Below, piece by piece: positions 46,662-61,450 of a stretch of 64,000 bases of DNA (position 1 is the first letter of the stretch; each line of letters opens with the position of its first letter). The notes under the pieces were generated by a model. It worked only from the letters and a program-made list of their open reading frames with translations, did no database searches and was not told the origin of the DNA. Source of the DNA: Takakia lepidozioides (Eukaryota > Plantae > Bryophyta); contig CM060732.1 in the NCBI GenBank assembly GCA_030704615.1, forward strand, positions 72,168,001-72,232,000, in the 5' to 3' direction. A program made the position numbers and the translations under genes.

Positions 46662-47453
46662 TCAGTCAGAACTCTCCGGCGGGGAGTCGCAAAAGTTCCA
46701 GAGAGAGACTTTCTCCTCCCAATTCTCATCCTCAGTCTTGATATAATGGCCCAAATCGTCTGGGGCTGGAAATGACGGAAATGCATCACCCATGGACAAT
46801 GGAGGCAAATCCAGCAAACTGCTAGATATATCCTCCTTCACAGTCATACTCTCCAACCAGCTATCGACATCTTCTGACGTTTGACCTTGAGTCGGCATCG
46901 ATTGGCCCGTGCATTCGGTCTCCTCTGTCTTCACTTTCGCATTACATCCACTATTGGAAGACATATGATCTCCAGAGACTCGTGATTCTTCAGGCTCTGA
47001 CGAGTCGTGCATCAAGAACTGATCTCTACTACTGGACTGCAATTGTGAGCTGAGAGAAATGGCTTCGACAGAAAGTGGCGTGCAGGGTTCCATGGCCGCT
47101 GCCGCCGCAGCTGCTGCCGCTTGAATGTCTCTTGGTGAACGAGACGGAGGGAGAGAGGGCATTGGTGAATCGGGAAAGTTGAGGGTGGCACCGGTTCCTC
47201 GTAAGCAGATCACAGCAACGTCATAAGCGCGAGCGGCCATCTCTGCGGTGGGGAAGGACCCCAGCCAAATGCGGGAGCGTTTATTCGGCTCCCTAATCTC
47301 CGATACAAATTTTCCCCATGACCTCATTCTAACACCCCGATAGCGTGCACTCCTTGGACTATTAGAGACCTGCGACTGCTTCACAGGAGCCAACAGGGCT
47401 GCGCCCCTTCTGGCAATCACCGCCGAGACCTGCGTCCTTTGCTTCTCGACCAT
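46662..47453 (-). CDS. AP2/ERF transcription factor, DREB subfamily (TINY/A-4-like)
   Basis: 263-aa intronless ORF: [45 protein letters not shown] with V14/E19, [13 protein letters not shown], and C-terminal SLWNF. Confidence 0.95.
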   Translation of the reverse strand: MVEKQRTQVSAVIARRGAALLAPVKQSQVSNSPRSARYRGVRMRSWGKFVSEIREPNKRSRIWLGSFPTAEMAARAYDVAVICLRGTGATLNFPDSPMPSLPPSRSPRDIQAAAAAAAAAMEPCTPLSVEAISLSSQLQSSSRDQFLMHDSSEPEESRVSGDHMSSNSGCNAKVKTEETECTGQSMPTQGQTSEDVDSWLESMTVKEDISSSLLDLPPLSMGDAFPSFPAPDDLGHYIKTEDENWEEKVSLWNFCDSPPESSD

Positions 47454-48774
47454 CCTCAGAACTCCTACTGTTCTCTACGCGAGGCTGCAGGAACAATCTG
47501 AACAATCTCAAACTAGGCTTCTTTTCCTTCCGTGTACAAAGACGTGACTTGGGCGGGAATTAATCCGAACTAGGAATGCGTGATCCTCAAACTTTCTAAT
47601 AAGTTGCAGACGCGCATGAAGCGAAGCGCGTAGGTACAGAAATGTTTGGAAGGACCGAGAGCGATCGAGAGAGAATGTGAGAGAGAAAGTGAGAGCGAGC
47701 CTACTAGAAAGCGACAAGCAGCCCTTTTCCTGAAGCACCAGGTTTTATATCCCAGTACTTGGACGGGTGTCGCACTCCTACGTCGCCACATCATCGCTCC
47801 TCTCTGGACAGAACACGGGGTACGTCATGACATCCTGTCCGTTCAGCTGTTGGCCCGAGCAGCATCTGGACCGCTTGAGCGAAAAGACAGAGAACAAACG
47901 CGGAAGGGAATGCGAATGTGTCCCAGACTCCAGAGCCAGGTCACAGCAAATCCCGGAACACGTCGCACGTGTGTTGTTACTGTGGTTACTCTGACTAGTC
48001 AATGGGTTAGCATTTATCTCGATGTGGATAAACATTTTTTTCATTTAATAATAATAGTAATAATAGGGCAATTGAATGAGCTAAAAACATAAATTTACTA
48101 ACTTGGGAGTGAAAGTAGAAGTCTGTAGATCGCTCAATAATGGCGCCATCCATCCATGCGCTACTTTTTTCATCCATGTTGAGATCGGGCAAACAGTCTG
48201 CTTCAGTGCGGGATTGATCTTCTCTCCAACTCGGGTCAGACTGTCTGATTTGAGAGTGTCTGACTCAGACACTCTCAAATGCAATCCCACATTGCGATCA
48301 AATCCCTCTGATATGAAAAGGGATGTGTTGGAAGAGAGTGTTCCTGGGCCTACTCTGATCCTTCTGACTCATTCACTCTCCCGGAAATCATGCAGACATA
48401 CCCAAGTTGGTGGGTCCTATGTCTACTGATTTGCTCGAGTTTTGGTCCTTGGAGTCTGCAATGTGCGGTGTAATCAAGTGGGAAGCAAGTCAGCGAAATG
48501 GAGATCTGACTCAAGGGGCGTGGCTCCCCATCAATCTTCAGAGGGAAGACAGCTGAGAATGATTGCAATACGCGCGAGTGCAGTCGCAAGTCGCTTGTTG
48601 CATAATTTCTCTGCCCTTGTACTACACCAACTTGCTGAGCAATCAACTACCAGCTAGTAATTATTCCACACATGTAATAAGAAGTTGGGCGATGTCTTTC
48701 TTTCTTGAATCAGTTCGGTGGAGGCAGCCATAAATGGCGTGGTAGAGTGCAATCTAAAATTCATCACATGTGAG

Positions 48775-50122
48775 CAAGGCTGATTTTTGCACCTGTCACA
48801 AGGCATTTGACAGGCAAAAAAAGGAAAAAAAAAATTGAGCCTGTCAAAAGAAAGGCAATGAGAAAAAAATGCCTGTCACAGTGAAAGTCAAAAACAAAAA
48901 TAGCCTGTCAAAAGAAAGGCAGAAATTTCTGATAATTAGGGTTAATTTTATTACTAAGTCCACCTAGGAGAGGCTCACAAAGCCTGAAAGGTAGGTACAA
49001 GTTATGAATAGAGAATCTACCAGAGATTACTGATAGTTATTAGCAATTTTATTAGTAAGTCCGCCTAGGAGAGGCTAAAAAAGGTTGTTAGTAGTTATTG
49101 TTATCTTACTAGTTCCACCTAGGGGAGCCTCACCGAGGCACTGCCAGCCCTTCTTTTTTGTGTTTCAAGCCTTAAACCTCTAAGTAGGCTCTCCATCTTT
49201 GTTTCCTATATTCTTAGTTTTCTTTTTCTTTTTTCTTTTTTTTTGACAAGGGTGTTGCGTAGACGGATATTTGGTTGGAATCCATTTTGGACCATTTTGA
49301 ATAATATGGGCATGCACCAACTTTCCCGTTTAGGGTTTAGGGTCTTCACTCTTGATACACCCTTGTAAAATGCACAATTAAGTATTGGAGTCTGGCAGCC
49401 AAAATGAATGGCTGGTTCAAAACATGTAGGGCCTGTTTGACTTGTTCTCCCTTACAGGGGTACCCGCAGCCACAACAGTGTCAAAAAAATTCTTCTTGAG
49501 TCTATCTCCTGATCAAATTTCAAAAGCATTTGTTGTGGAGGAGGTGCCATACTGCACCTAATTCGACGCGGCCATTCTGCATGATTTTTTTTAAAAACAA
49601 TTTTAAGAGAACAGTGGACAGTGGCCCTGGGTACTTTATTAAAAAAGGTATGTATAAAGCATATCAGAGGGAGGAAAAAATAACCTCCAACAAGGCCGTA
49701 AAAGCATGTCGAAAAGGGAACACCCTAAGGGGGAAGAAGGAGTCTAAAAACCGAAGATGATATGGGAAAAATATCTCTCAAAGAAGAGAGGCTCGGGGCT
49801 TTGTATGAGGAGGTTAAAAAATGCTAAAGTCTTATAGTTAGAGGTACGAATGCTACATGTTTGGGTTGGAACCCATGAAAATAGTAAAGACAATACCATA
49901 TGTATTCACGGACTGGAGCTTCACTAATTATAGTTGTAAGAAGTTCATACTTCTTTTCATTTTTCGTTTTAATTTCATATGACAAAATTGTGTGAAAGGT
50001 CACAAATCTGTCAACCTGTCATGTGAAAGGCATTTTCTCAAAGTTGTCTGTCACAGTGAAAGTAAGAAAAAATTAACCTGTCACAAAAAAAAGTAGGGCT
50101 ACCTGTCAAAAAACAACACATG
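48775..50122. mobile_element. Probable non-autonomous hAT-type element
   Basis: CCTGTCA subterminal clusters at both ends, CA..TG ends with a degenerate TIR, and flanking ATGTGAG(C) direct repeat at 48768 and 50123. Confidence 0.55.
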
Positions 50123-50239
50123 ATGTGAGCGTTTGGCTGTGCTACAGTGTAGTAATGTCGCATCCTTAGCATGTATTATAATATTATCCAAATCCTTCAC
50201 CAAAAGGTCCGCACTACCAATAGAACCTCACGGGGGAAA

Positions 50240-50460
50240 CAGATGGTTGTACAGGGAAGGTGGTGAAATACGTGAGCCCAAGGATTTGGCTTGCCCGATG
50301 TTTGCTAATAATAAGTCAGCAGTGGAGGCTGCTAGGGCCTACGACTGTGCAGCATGGTATCTTGTATCTTCATGTGCCCCGAGCCCGATTGAATCTTCGG
50401 CTCCCGCGTACGATAATTTCGTGCCTATGAAGCCTCAGATTTTGCTAAATTTTTCCTCAA
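50240..50460 (+). pseudogene. Degenerate AP2-domain fragment
   Basis: EIREPK..SAVEAARAYDCAAWYL..LLNFS in ORF 50133-50537; lacks intact YRG and WLG motifs. Confidence 0.6.
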
Positions 50461-50539
50461 CAATGCAACTAGCAGGGTGGCAGTGCTGCCCCTTCATTTC
50501 TTATTGCAGCAGACTCTCTAAATTGATTATCTACTAGAA

Positions 50540-51250
50540 GCAAACCCCAACATCATTGGTCTGAAAATCCCTGTCTCGGGACAACCGTACTAAGCAGATA
50601 AAAAATTCTATATTTGTGGACGATACGCTACTCGAAAACCTATCTGCTGCAGCAGCAAGTCTAGAGGTTTTCTTCGAAGCATCAGGTTTCCTAGTCAACG
50701 AGGAAAAAACCGCAGCCATACTTGTCGGGACATCCCGTACGTCCATTAATGAGTTGTCTTTAGCTGAGTTATACAGGACCCAGCTGCAACATGAGGACTT
50801 TTGCATGTCATCCAGCCTGTTTCAGCCATCCGCCGCCCTCAGGTTGTTGGGCGCAAACTGCTTAACACTCCAGATTCTCCAGCATGCGGCTGGCAATGGA
50901 GGACTAGCAGCTCAAGGCACGGCTGCCTCAGGTGGATACATAGAGAGAGTGAGCCAAGTTGCAATACCACCTCAATACCACCTCAATACCAGTTGCGGGC
51001 CCTCTGCGCAGTGAGGAGACCAAATACCATAAGACCTGAAGACTTTGTAGAAGAAGGGTGGGGCAAGGTATATATGCCGGCAATTTTGCATAAGATCGCA
51101 TCCCAAGCAGATCAAGGCTCGTTATTGGAGGTAGAAGAGACTAAGTACCTACATCAACCAGGATTGTGAACTACTAACGGATGAAGAGTTGGGCGCGAAC
51201 CCGCTTAGAGTCGGAGAGCAAATTCGGGAATCACATGAAAATGGGATGAT
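50540..51250 (+). mobile_element. LINE (L1/Tx1-like) RT remnant
   Basis: SIFVDDTLL (FADD-like) followed by FFEASGFLVNEEKT. Confidence 0.7.
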
Positions 51251-51335
51251 CTCCGTCAGGTAGCAAATTTTGACCATGAGCTGAGCTCGTCCAACGTCAT
51301 TTGAACTAGTCCCCTCTAAAATATGGCATGGCGGG

Positions 51336-52394
51336 TGTTACCCTAGTGCCGATCCTCAGCTGCTACTCATCTCATACCCTCTTCACCCTTCACACCCGAG
51401 CAAAGTCGCAGGCAAAGGTCCTAAGCCTCGGGATCCTGTTTTGCCATGTGTTTTCGCCACTTGGATGGCAGCAGTATCTATATATATATGCGCAGACTGT
51501 GCATACACGGACGGGGGTTTCTTATCGTGCGAGCACAGCGAGAGCACAATCCTAGGTCTTGGGGGTTTTATCTTTTTCAACCCAGGTCATAGGAGTTACA
51601 TGTTCTTACCGATAAGGAAGGCCTAGCAGTTATATTTGGGATTAAATATTTTAGACAATATCTTCATGGCAGCCCATTTGTTGTTGAAACATATCATCTT
51701 CCTCTTAAGGCCTTGAAGACCAGCCCCTCGTGAACTTGGCACGCTGGGCACTTACTCTTCAAGCATACGAGTTTGATGTGGTTTATAAGAGAGGCAAAGA
51801 TAATACTAACGCTGATGCTGTAACTCGGACAGAGCCACATGTTGCTGCTCCTTATAGCAGGATTGAAGATCTCGTAGATCTTTCTGCCCCTTGTGCTAAT
51901 CCTGTTGTACCTGAGACTATGGCCCTTTCGGCTAAGACTGAATCTGATCCTTTCAATGCGGTTATGGACTGGGAAGTTGTTCTTAAAAAAGGCACTTGAG
52001 ATCTGTGATGAGTGTTGGTGTGACAGGTGCCAGTTTACTCCTTCGGAGACCATGAGGGAAGAATGCTCTTCCTATCCTTGATTCCTCATTGCTCCGTGTT
52101 TTCCTACCTGTAACCATGACTGGCCAGCAAGCTTTTGCTCTCTCCGGCACAGCCCTGACACAGCCCTTAGCAAGGGGCGAATCCGTGGGAGCGCCCCTTA
52201 GGAGATATCCTGTTTTGACCACTCACGCTTCGTAAATCCTGGGGCGATTAATGGGGGGGCGCTTGCAGCTGGCCATGGAACCCGGCTCTTATGGCCCTCT
52301 CACTGCCATGGCCATGGGGGTTCTAATGGTGTGATATTTACAGTTGTGTTGTCTTCTTCTCCACCCCTTTCAAGGGCTATTTCCCACGATAACA
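51336..52394 (+). mobile_element. Gypsy remnant (RNase H C-terminus with possible LTR pieces)
   Basis: LARWALTLQAYEFDVVYKRGKDNTNADAVTR at 51730-51830. TGTTA..TAACA ends are tentative and no TSD was found. Confidence 0.55.
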
Positions 52395-53461
52395 GGTGTT
52401 CCCCTCGCGGTGGGCAGGGTAGGCTCACATGAGCCTAACCAAGCTCACCTGCTCATATGCTTACGTTGCCAGGCTTACAATCTAGCACACTCCCAGTTGA
52501 ATCTATTTGGAAAGCCATGATGCAACAATACCTTTTGCATATGATTGACGTTGCACAGATTTTTTTTAAATGCAGAATACCTGCTTCATATCTCCATGAA
52601 TTGTAATGTGCTGAGCTTGCAGACAAAGCTACCGCTCTATTTACCTCATTCTACAGGTTCAACAACAGTCATGTTACTCTCATGGATATGTAACTTGCCG
52701 AACAAGTTTCATATATTCCGATCCCTCCCCAAACACATCGCAACGAGCACACATTTTAGATATTTGCTTCACTGTTCTGTTATGCATTTACAAATACTGT
52801 TATATGCCATAAATTTTGTAACTCTTTAAATTGTTTATATTTGTGTAGAAAACCTTTATGTCCGTAGGACCATCTACTATTTAAGAGAAACGTCAATAAG
52901 TTCAATAAAATGATGAAACCCTGTAAAGCTTTATTTATAAACTGACATGAGGTAACTGTACAAAGGATGAAAAGTTCACATAACAAGGGAAGATTTAATA
53001 TGAAGAAATGAAAAAAAAAAAACATAGCGTGCCAATCAAACCAAATGATCATCCCATCCACCTACCTGAATCACAACGGACAAAGAAATGGGTGTTGCAT
53101 CCAAAAGAGTATGTTAAGGTTGCCATGATGGAAACAGAACCCTAGAAAACAGTACAAAAGCCTCCATCCATTCCATACACCAGTTTGCATCCATATTGGA
53201 GTTGTCATGTCCTCATCCATCCATACTAATCACCCATACTTCACCCAATGCATTTCATCCAACCATACACATTTATCCATATATATCATCCATATATATC
53301 ATCCATACTTCATCTTTTAATTTGCTGGCTCAGGGAGACCAGGCAACATGTTGGAGTGAACAGAGAAAATGTGATCAAAGGACCTTATGCAGCAACCGTT
53401 GGTGTGTGGGTACCCTTGATTCCTCTTTTTCGTGGCTATCTACATGCAGCACCAGCAGTCA

Positions 53462-53538
53462 GTAGCTCAATTGAATAGTGAGTGCCACCCAGATGAGTCT
53501 CAGGTCAAATCCTGCTACCTTAATGGGTGTGGTATGTT
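53462..53538 (+). mobile_element. tRNA-derived SINE-like family B, copy 2
   Basis: GTAGCTCAATTGAATAG..GGTCAAATCCTGCTACCTT..GTGGTATGTT; matches 40861-40945. Confidence 0.6.
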
Positions 53539-54047
53539 CTTCTCCTTTTTTATGATGCTAGAGGTATGATTCTCCCAAGCATCATTCTCCTATGCTCTGG
53601 TGACTTTTATGGGTGTGCATTGGGACCCTGCAAAAATTGATTGATTGATGGATGGGTGGATAGGCTCATCAGTCCATACCTGTGTCTGCATGCAACTGCA
53701 GCAGGTGGCACCCAACAGACTTGTTTGAGCAGCTACCAAGGAAATATTTTGGGCAAGGGGTTAAGTAGACAAGGAGCCAGGATTATCCACAGTACTGAAG
53801 GGAGTCGTCCAATGCCTCACAGAAAGGACCCCCAAAAAAATATCGCGAAGAAACTGAATGCTATCTGTGAAGGCATACACGTCCTTTGAGACATGAAGCT
53901 TAAGACACCAGCTGAGTATGGATTGTGCTAACTGGCAAAAAGCGAAAGATGTTCTCGCTGATGGTCCTGCGATTGTTGGCCATGATGCATTACATCGGCC
54001 CCCTAGTCTGTAGTAGCTTGATCACCTCCCTTGCAAATTCCTGCGCG

Positions 54048-57000
54048 TCATTCCATGGAGGTGAAGGCATTTTTGAATAAGGAAGTCCTGATCTTGACTC
54101 CGTGCATACTAGCAATTGCGGCAGCATATCTGCAGCAGAACAACACCCACACCTGTGAATTCAAGGTAAAAAGAGAGAAAAGTAAGAATGATGAATGGTA
54201 CACAACCACCGAGCCCTTGACCTGTAAAGGTTGACAACCCTAAAACAAGTACACTCTAGACCAGAGGGGAATGGGCTTTCAAAGCAGAGGATCTCGCACT
54301 TAACTGAGCTTGAAGTAGTCCCTATCCAACCAGGAAACCTGCTCCTGGACCATAGGTATGACCTTCGAGGCAATACTCTCCGGGGATAATAACCTTCCTA
54401 TGACAAAGACGTTGTCCAAACCGTCGAGGTTTTTGCACATAGTCAGTCAACAACCATCATATTACTCGATTCAAGACGGACAAACATGTACTAGTCAACC
54501 ATTGCACGGTTTGAGAAAAAGAGAGGAAAAGAAGGCTGAAACTAAATGCAACTCTAGACTGTTAAATAGCCCATGGGCCAATCAACTTACGCAGTGTCCA
54601 ACACAAGACCGTGGTCAACCACCCCGTCAATCGTCTCCAAGGCATCTGCCACCTCCCCTGCACACAAATAATTCCCACCTCATTCAGATAAAGACAGTCG
54701 CTGAGGCCACGACACGTGCCACGCAGGCTCATTTACCCATATCCTGCCATGTACAGAAACCACTCAGTCTCACTTAATTGTCACCCTATGTTGAGGGTTA
54801 CTCCAGGAGTTCAATAATTGTGAGTGGACTCAGCTGTAGTACATGTAAATGGCATAAAGTTGGCACTGAGAGAACTACAGCAGTTAACATTAAATGCGTC
54901 AGCCCCTTCTCTTGTAGTGAGACTGCAGTATCAAATCTGTGGCAGAATAGCTCTAAATAGTAATGCTGGTATCCCATTCTCTCTTCTACAACTGTCTTCG
55001 TCAGCCAATTCAACTCCATGTAATCAGTTTGCCAAGGCTGTGCGAGAGCATTATTGCAATTCAGTAGTTCCATACCCTGGTGGATAGAATCCCCACACTT
55101 GGCTCCGGCAGAGTAGATATCTGCTCTCAACTCATGACTTCATTTTTCACAGGTCTCTAATCATCCAGTGCTAAGCATTTCACCTAAACTAACTGACAAG
55201 CAAACACTACCTGGGCCTATTGTTCTCTTCCCAATAAAATCCAGAAGGAGCAACCACCTGGACTTAAGATAGGGGTTGTGAAAATGATGTCCAGCACAAA
55301 GTGGCCGTCCGCTGTCACTAACGGGAAGTCCCCACCTAGCGGCCCTGCTTCTCCACGACTGGGTCTCCTCCAAACCTGGATGAAGCAAAGAGAGAGTTGA
55401 GCACAGGATCTGCCCTTGTCAAATAGCAAAACAGATTCAGAAGAGAAAGTGGAATGATGTCACCCCAATTTCACATAACCTTTCGCTGCCTTGACCTGGT
55501 AGGTCTACAGTTCCTTGTAGGAGACTGGCATTCTTTAAACCCATTCCTAGTGCTACTCGGCGAGTCTGTTGGCGATCTCTGCCCTGAAGGCTGAGAAACC
55601 TCTCAGTGGCCCAAATACAAGGCCAGACCACTCCTGCAGCAGGGTTGACCATTTAGCATGTTTTGTGACTGTGGGGTTGAGCCAACCCCACTAAGATGGT
55701 CACAGTGCCCTAAGCGTTGGGCATCTGCCAGCGGCTATTCATATAGATGAAGCTGTAAGAGTCTTCAGCATTTGCCAGAATGAAGGCGACAGCCAGCTGT
55801 ACCACAAAGGGGTTGTGTGCAGGCCGGCACAAACAAGACATGAAGTTAAAATACAGATAGGCAAGTCCAAAAGGGACAGAGAGCTCCTAAGCAGGGCTCA
55901 ATGATACACAAAATGTCATCAGCCCTGGGTAACAACCCCATCAAGTGGAATTCAGACCAAATTGCTCCTGTAGGACATGATACAATGAAACATTCAACCG
56001 CCAAAAAAGTCTTTTGAGTGCTTGGATGTACCTCTGCATCACCTAGAAATAAATCATCAATTTCCTCAGCTACATCGAGCCAATTCTCCTGTAAAATGAC
56101 ATCCATGGTCCTGGTCAGAATAAACAAATGGATGGACGGATGGATGGCTACTCTAGATGCAAGCAGGTATGGTGAGAAGACGGCAGACCTGCCGAATGAT
56201 GACAGGGACTGTACCCTCCAGTTGTGCCACAAACTTTGCTTCCTCAATTATAAACACCATCTGTTTTGCCCCCTTTGCTATAGCCTGGGCAACAAAAGTA
56301 CATATGTCAGCCAAATATTGCACAATACAAGAGTTGAGTGTCCATGTCCACACAATTGTAAGCTCGGCCATATACACCATGAGAGCCAAATAGGGATATA
56401 AAGGGGAGATAATGTGATGTAACTCCAATGTGTCACGCCAGGTATCCAGCCCTGGATCACCTAATACCTCCGCATGTTTTGACGGACTAATATCTGTCTC
56501 TTTCAGAAATTACCCTCTCTCACTTCTCTATTTCACCTACTTTTCTTGGTTAAGCAAAACACAGCAGACTCTTTGTTAACGGTTACATGGTACAATTGCC
56601 AGTAGCTGCACTTGGTGTCTTGATCTTACAGCATTCACACCCTTGGTGTCCATCTGTGCAGGTCTGTTTTCCCTTTGTCCCTCAAGTACATTGCTTTCCC
56701 TTGAAGACATAGAAGACCCTGCCATAGTGTATGGACCTGGCCTTAATTGATGAACAACTAACTCATTATTTGGCCCTTCCAAAAAATGGTCTCCAAGTGT
56801 ACACCCCATCACCTGTATGAGAAAAGGGATGGGACGGGCCGGAATGGAGGCCAGCACACCTTACTTTCTCCTTCTGAATGGACTCCCGGCCTGCTACTCC
56901 CTTGCGCCCCACAACTGCAAACAGCGTGCCTTCTTGCACTGTATCAGCATCATCAAATGCAAAATCAACCTGCCCAACAGCCAACACATAACTCAACTTC

Positions 57001-59292
57001 CTCAGATTTGAAGGCAAAGTAACATCAGCCTAACAACAGCAACTTTAGAACAATTTACATTTCATTTCAACAGCCTGTTTAAGGGCACCGCAATCCATTT
57101 CATGGCTCAGCACTGTGGTATGCAATAGACTGCCCTATCAGATCACTCGTGTGGTATTGATCTTGTTTAAGTAGATACGGTCCAAATAACGAGTTTCTCG
57201 GACATCTCCGTACTTTTTCACTACTCCAAATCAAAGTATGGGGGAGGGAATAGGACGGATTCATCTAGTTAGTTCAGTGCAGGTTTGCTACTACTCCCAA
57301 ATTTGGAGTTTCAGGGATAATTCAGTTGTTGACAGTTACACAGCACATTCCATGCCTCTCTCTCCTATGGATGTCAGAAAACCTCCATTTCTTTGGCCTC
57401 AAAAGGTGGCAAACCTAGGCATTCAAAAATGCTGTTGACATGAAATCCAGTTCAAAATTCCTCTTTTGCAAAGCTTTAGCCCATATCTTGTGACCCTCTA
57501 CCTGTGGACATTCTTCGAAAGACAAGAGGGGAACCCCTGCAGTGGCTGCTGCAGCAGCACTCGAACTTGACCTGCAGTAAAATCCAGTGATCTATCATCC
57601 ACTGGCATTCAAACCCTCACTCCAGACTTGAGAATGACCAGCAGATTGACCTGGTTGTATAACTGGATGCAGACAATAAAATGAACTATTGCTTGTTCGT
57701 CACACAAGGCTAGACTCAATTTAGGAGACAATTGACCATAGACTATTCATAAAATTTGCACTAGTAACTAGAATGGGCATGCTTCTCTGCAAATTGGGTG
57801 ATTCCTGGCTAGTTGCATCAGACGATATTCATTAGAAGTGGTAATAAACTTATTATTGTCCGCGGACAACCACAACTATACACCTACTTTTACTGCTGAT
57901 ATGACCACCAAGAAACATTCCCTCACACACACGGCCATTGCTGAAACTCTCAGACATTGGGATATAGGCTAGGCTGCATGTGATAAACTTTAAAAACACT
58001 ACACCCGTATCATTTCCTGTAAACTGAATATGATCGGCTCTGGAAAGGAGCTACAGCATTCTCAGGATAACAGGCTTGTGAGACATAGCACCCGGCAGGG
58101 ACTATCCCAGCGCAGTCAAAACTCACAAAGGAGATCAACCGGCGCGTCTGCCTCGGTTCGGCGACTGGAAGGTCCTAAGCAAAATTCCATTCCTTGAATA
58201 CAACCAACTTGAGGTGCCAGACAAAACGGGTACTGACATTGGAACACCGACAACGTCTCGGAGAGAGCCATCCCTGAGCTTGGCTCCCAAATAATGAATG
58301 GCCATAGAGGACGCCGGGCCTGTTCCCAGTCCCACCGCCATCCCACTCCTCACGAAGTAGTCCACCTGCTCATCATGATTCATTCGCTAGGTAGTCAGTC
58401 CCCAATCGGAACCCAGTACAAATTCTTGAGACCATCAGTTCAGTGGACCTCCTCAGACGCTCTTGTGTACTGAAGGTTGTTGTACACTGATCAATCGAAC
58501 GAGCTACTGTTACGACCGAAATGCTGGAAGAACAAAAGACTGTGCACGGTAGAATTACAGTACTTAATTATGACAACATCGGAGGAGGAGACCTATTGGT
58601 CAACAGAGAAGAAAACAGATCAAAAGTGAGACAGGCTACCCTGCATTTAGCTGTGAACGTTGAACTGATTAGAGTCCGAAAGTAGCACAAGTTGTGTTCC
58701 AATGGGATTGGTTGGCGGGATATGAGTCGCATGACAGGGGATGTGTTTCAAACTACCCTTATCATTCTCCACATAAACCAAGAGGCAGAGGTGCAGAACC
58801 GGCTATTGGCACAAGGCCCTGAGTACATGTTGAGGGACTGCAGATCAGGGATTGGATATATTGCTGCTAGAATTGACAACATTCTCCAGCCCCATCGAAA
58901 AGAAGGAAAGAAGAGACGTAACAAACCGTGTGCGTGGCGGCATCTTCCAGCTGCGCTTCGAGCGAAGCTTGCAAACATAGCCGTCCCCACCTTCCTCCCA
59001 CTCTCCTTGAAACCCTCTCTGATAGCCTTCGCAATTCAAGGTCCACTTCTCCTCGGAAGAAGGCCAAGGAACTACGACACTCAATTGTTGCCCGGGTTTC
59101 ATGCAATGAGAAACAAGCGGAGCATCCAGAAACAGATGCCCGTGAGATCAATGCAACATCCGCAGCGCATTGTGGAGAGTAGCGCGGATGAAATGCAGCT
59201 GAGCGAGTTGCGAGAGAGACGCAGGACGCCATAGCCACCCCGCCTCGAATAGCAGCAACCCGTTGATGGAACACGGTGACGGATAACGCCAT
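54048..59292 (-). CDS. RPI4: RpiA-family ribose-5-phosphate isomerase, RPI4-like, probably plastid-targeted; 9 exons
   Basis: Phase-consistent GT-AG exons: 59292-58927, 58365-58238, 57571-57502, 56969-56865, 56284-56189, 56088-56032, 55375-55258, 54657-54591, 54129-54048. Motifs [39 protein letters not shown]. The start could alternatively be 59337 or 59232. Confidence 0.9.
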
Positions 59293-61390
59293 GGCCACCG
59301 TGCCTCGACGAATGATCAGCGGATGACACGCATTCATCTCTCATCCAACAATGCGTTGCTTTCCTTTTTTTCTTTCTTTTTTTCTTTTTTTAGAACAGGG
59401 GGATTGTAGCCCTGATAAACTGTATTATAAATAATTAATGGGGAAAAATTTTTAAACCCCAGTTACACCATAAGGCACACACATTGTGTTCAGTGTTCTG
59501 CGAACCATACATCATCTACGAGGCAAAATTAGGGCACTCTGCCCAAGGCATCAGAATAAACATAACCTACCTATTGTTGGACTTTCCGGGACAATCCAAC
59601 ATAACAAAGGGAAGGGATGTTCTAAGTTATTAGGCCATTGACCTTTCCATAACCAGAGAGGATGATCTATCTATAATGAAGTCTGGAGGTTGTTGTGGAG
59701 GGCTTGAGATGCTTAGAGTTAACCTCTCACTCCGACTCGAGTGGTGCACGGAGATCTCACCATGCCGGTGGGGGGAGCTCGCTCCAGCAGCACTGGTCTT
59801 GCACAGGGCTGCTGCAGATAAGTCCTTGTTTGTCCCAGGTGTGTTGGAAGGCCCTGTGAATCGCTGCTGCGTTCCTGGCATCTCGGTGAATGTCTGCACA
59901 TATTTTGGCCCATGCCTCCCTAGCGTCAGTTTGCAGATCAAGAAAGATAATGGCAAGGAGAGAAGAGATCGAAGTAGTTTGGCCCAGGAAGGTATTCTTG
60001 CATCTTAGCTTCTAGAGGTGCCATAATGTTTAAGAATAGAGGGTTTCGAAAACTGGGCAGTTGTGTTGATAGCGATCGGATGTTGAGGTGAGAACAGGCA
60101 GGCCGCTTTGTATAACATGCTCTTAGATGTTCGGATTGGACGACTGGAATCGCTCGCCTTCAACTGCTGCTCCCTGCAGGTACCCTAGTCGTATTAATGC
60201 CTGAGCGCTTTGGCTTCATGGACGTCGCAGACCCTTCCATTTGTGGGCCGTACCAGTAGTTGTGTCAATGTTTCGCCTTTTCTGTAATAAATGGTCTTGA
60301 TTCTGTACTATCTACGTACAATTCGGCTCTCCTAGCCCAAAAACACTAACAAAAATCCTCGTGTTAATTAATGCACCTACAGTAAGTAACACTATGTATG
60401 GACTTACATTGTTGAAGTCTAATGCAAGTGTAGAAGCGTCTATTTGAAGAGGGAAAATGCATGTAATTTATATTCATGTATATTCTGATTTTGTAATGTG
60501 ATTGGCTGCGCAGTTCAGCATTGGGGATAAAGTGATAATATATGATATTGCTAAGATGGGACGGCTTATATATTGATGGCTACCCCCGACGAAATGACAC
60601 CGTGGCCTTTATACATGAAACCACGTGTAAAGATTGGTAGTATCTTTGTGTAGGATAGTTGACACATGTGTTAAAAATGACAAGCATTGGTGTAGGATAA
60701 CCCACATAAAACATTGTACACTACTGTTTATTAACATACACATTAATTATTTGCCAATGAAGAGTATTCTACACCAATGTGAACTATCACATGTAAGTTA
60801 TTTCACACTAGTGTACAATTACCACACGTAATTAACCTCACACTTGACACATGTCATAAATACATCACACATGTTGGTGTAGGTTATTTCACATTGTGTG
60901 GAATAACTTACATGTAAGTGGCCTGACATTATCCAGCTATAAATATTATTAAATTATTTATAATTAATTTTATTATTATTTAAAACCTATGTGTCATATT
61001 TGTTGATTGACATGTGTCTGCCACGTTATCTAATTTATTGTAAACTTGTGTATTATAACTTACATGTAGGTGGCCTAACATAATCAAGCTGTCAATATAT
61101 TAAAATCTAAAATTATTATTATTATTATTTTTGAACCTACATGGCAGAATCGCTCACTGGATCCAGAATCGCTCATCGTTCACTCACAGTTATTATCACC
61201 AACAAACGCCAACTGGAATCCGGCACTTCAAACGCACCTTAGGATACCTCTGGGTACCCAAGGATACCCTCGCCCCCTCTATTCTCAGCGGTCACCCTGT
61301 GTCCCCTAGACACTTTTCTGTTATAGGGCCCACCCCCGAAAGGGGGCAGTAGCCGCAAGGCGAAGTGGCTCTTAGTTAGGCCGGCCTCGG

Positions 61391-61391
<1 letters not shown>

Positions 61392-61448
<57 letters not shown>
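61392..61448. repeat. (CT)n microsatellite
   Basis: About 28 CT units. Confidence 0.98.

Positions 61449-61450
<2 letters not shown>

Noticed and set aside
59600-60250. Possible LINE ORF1 remnant upstream of RPI4
   Set aside because: No intact zinc knuckle or other diagnostic motif.
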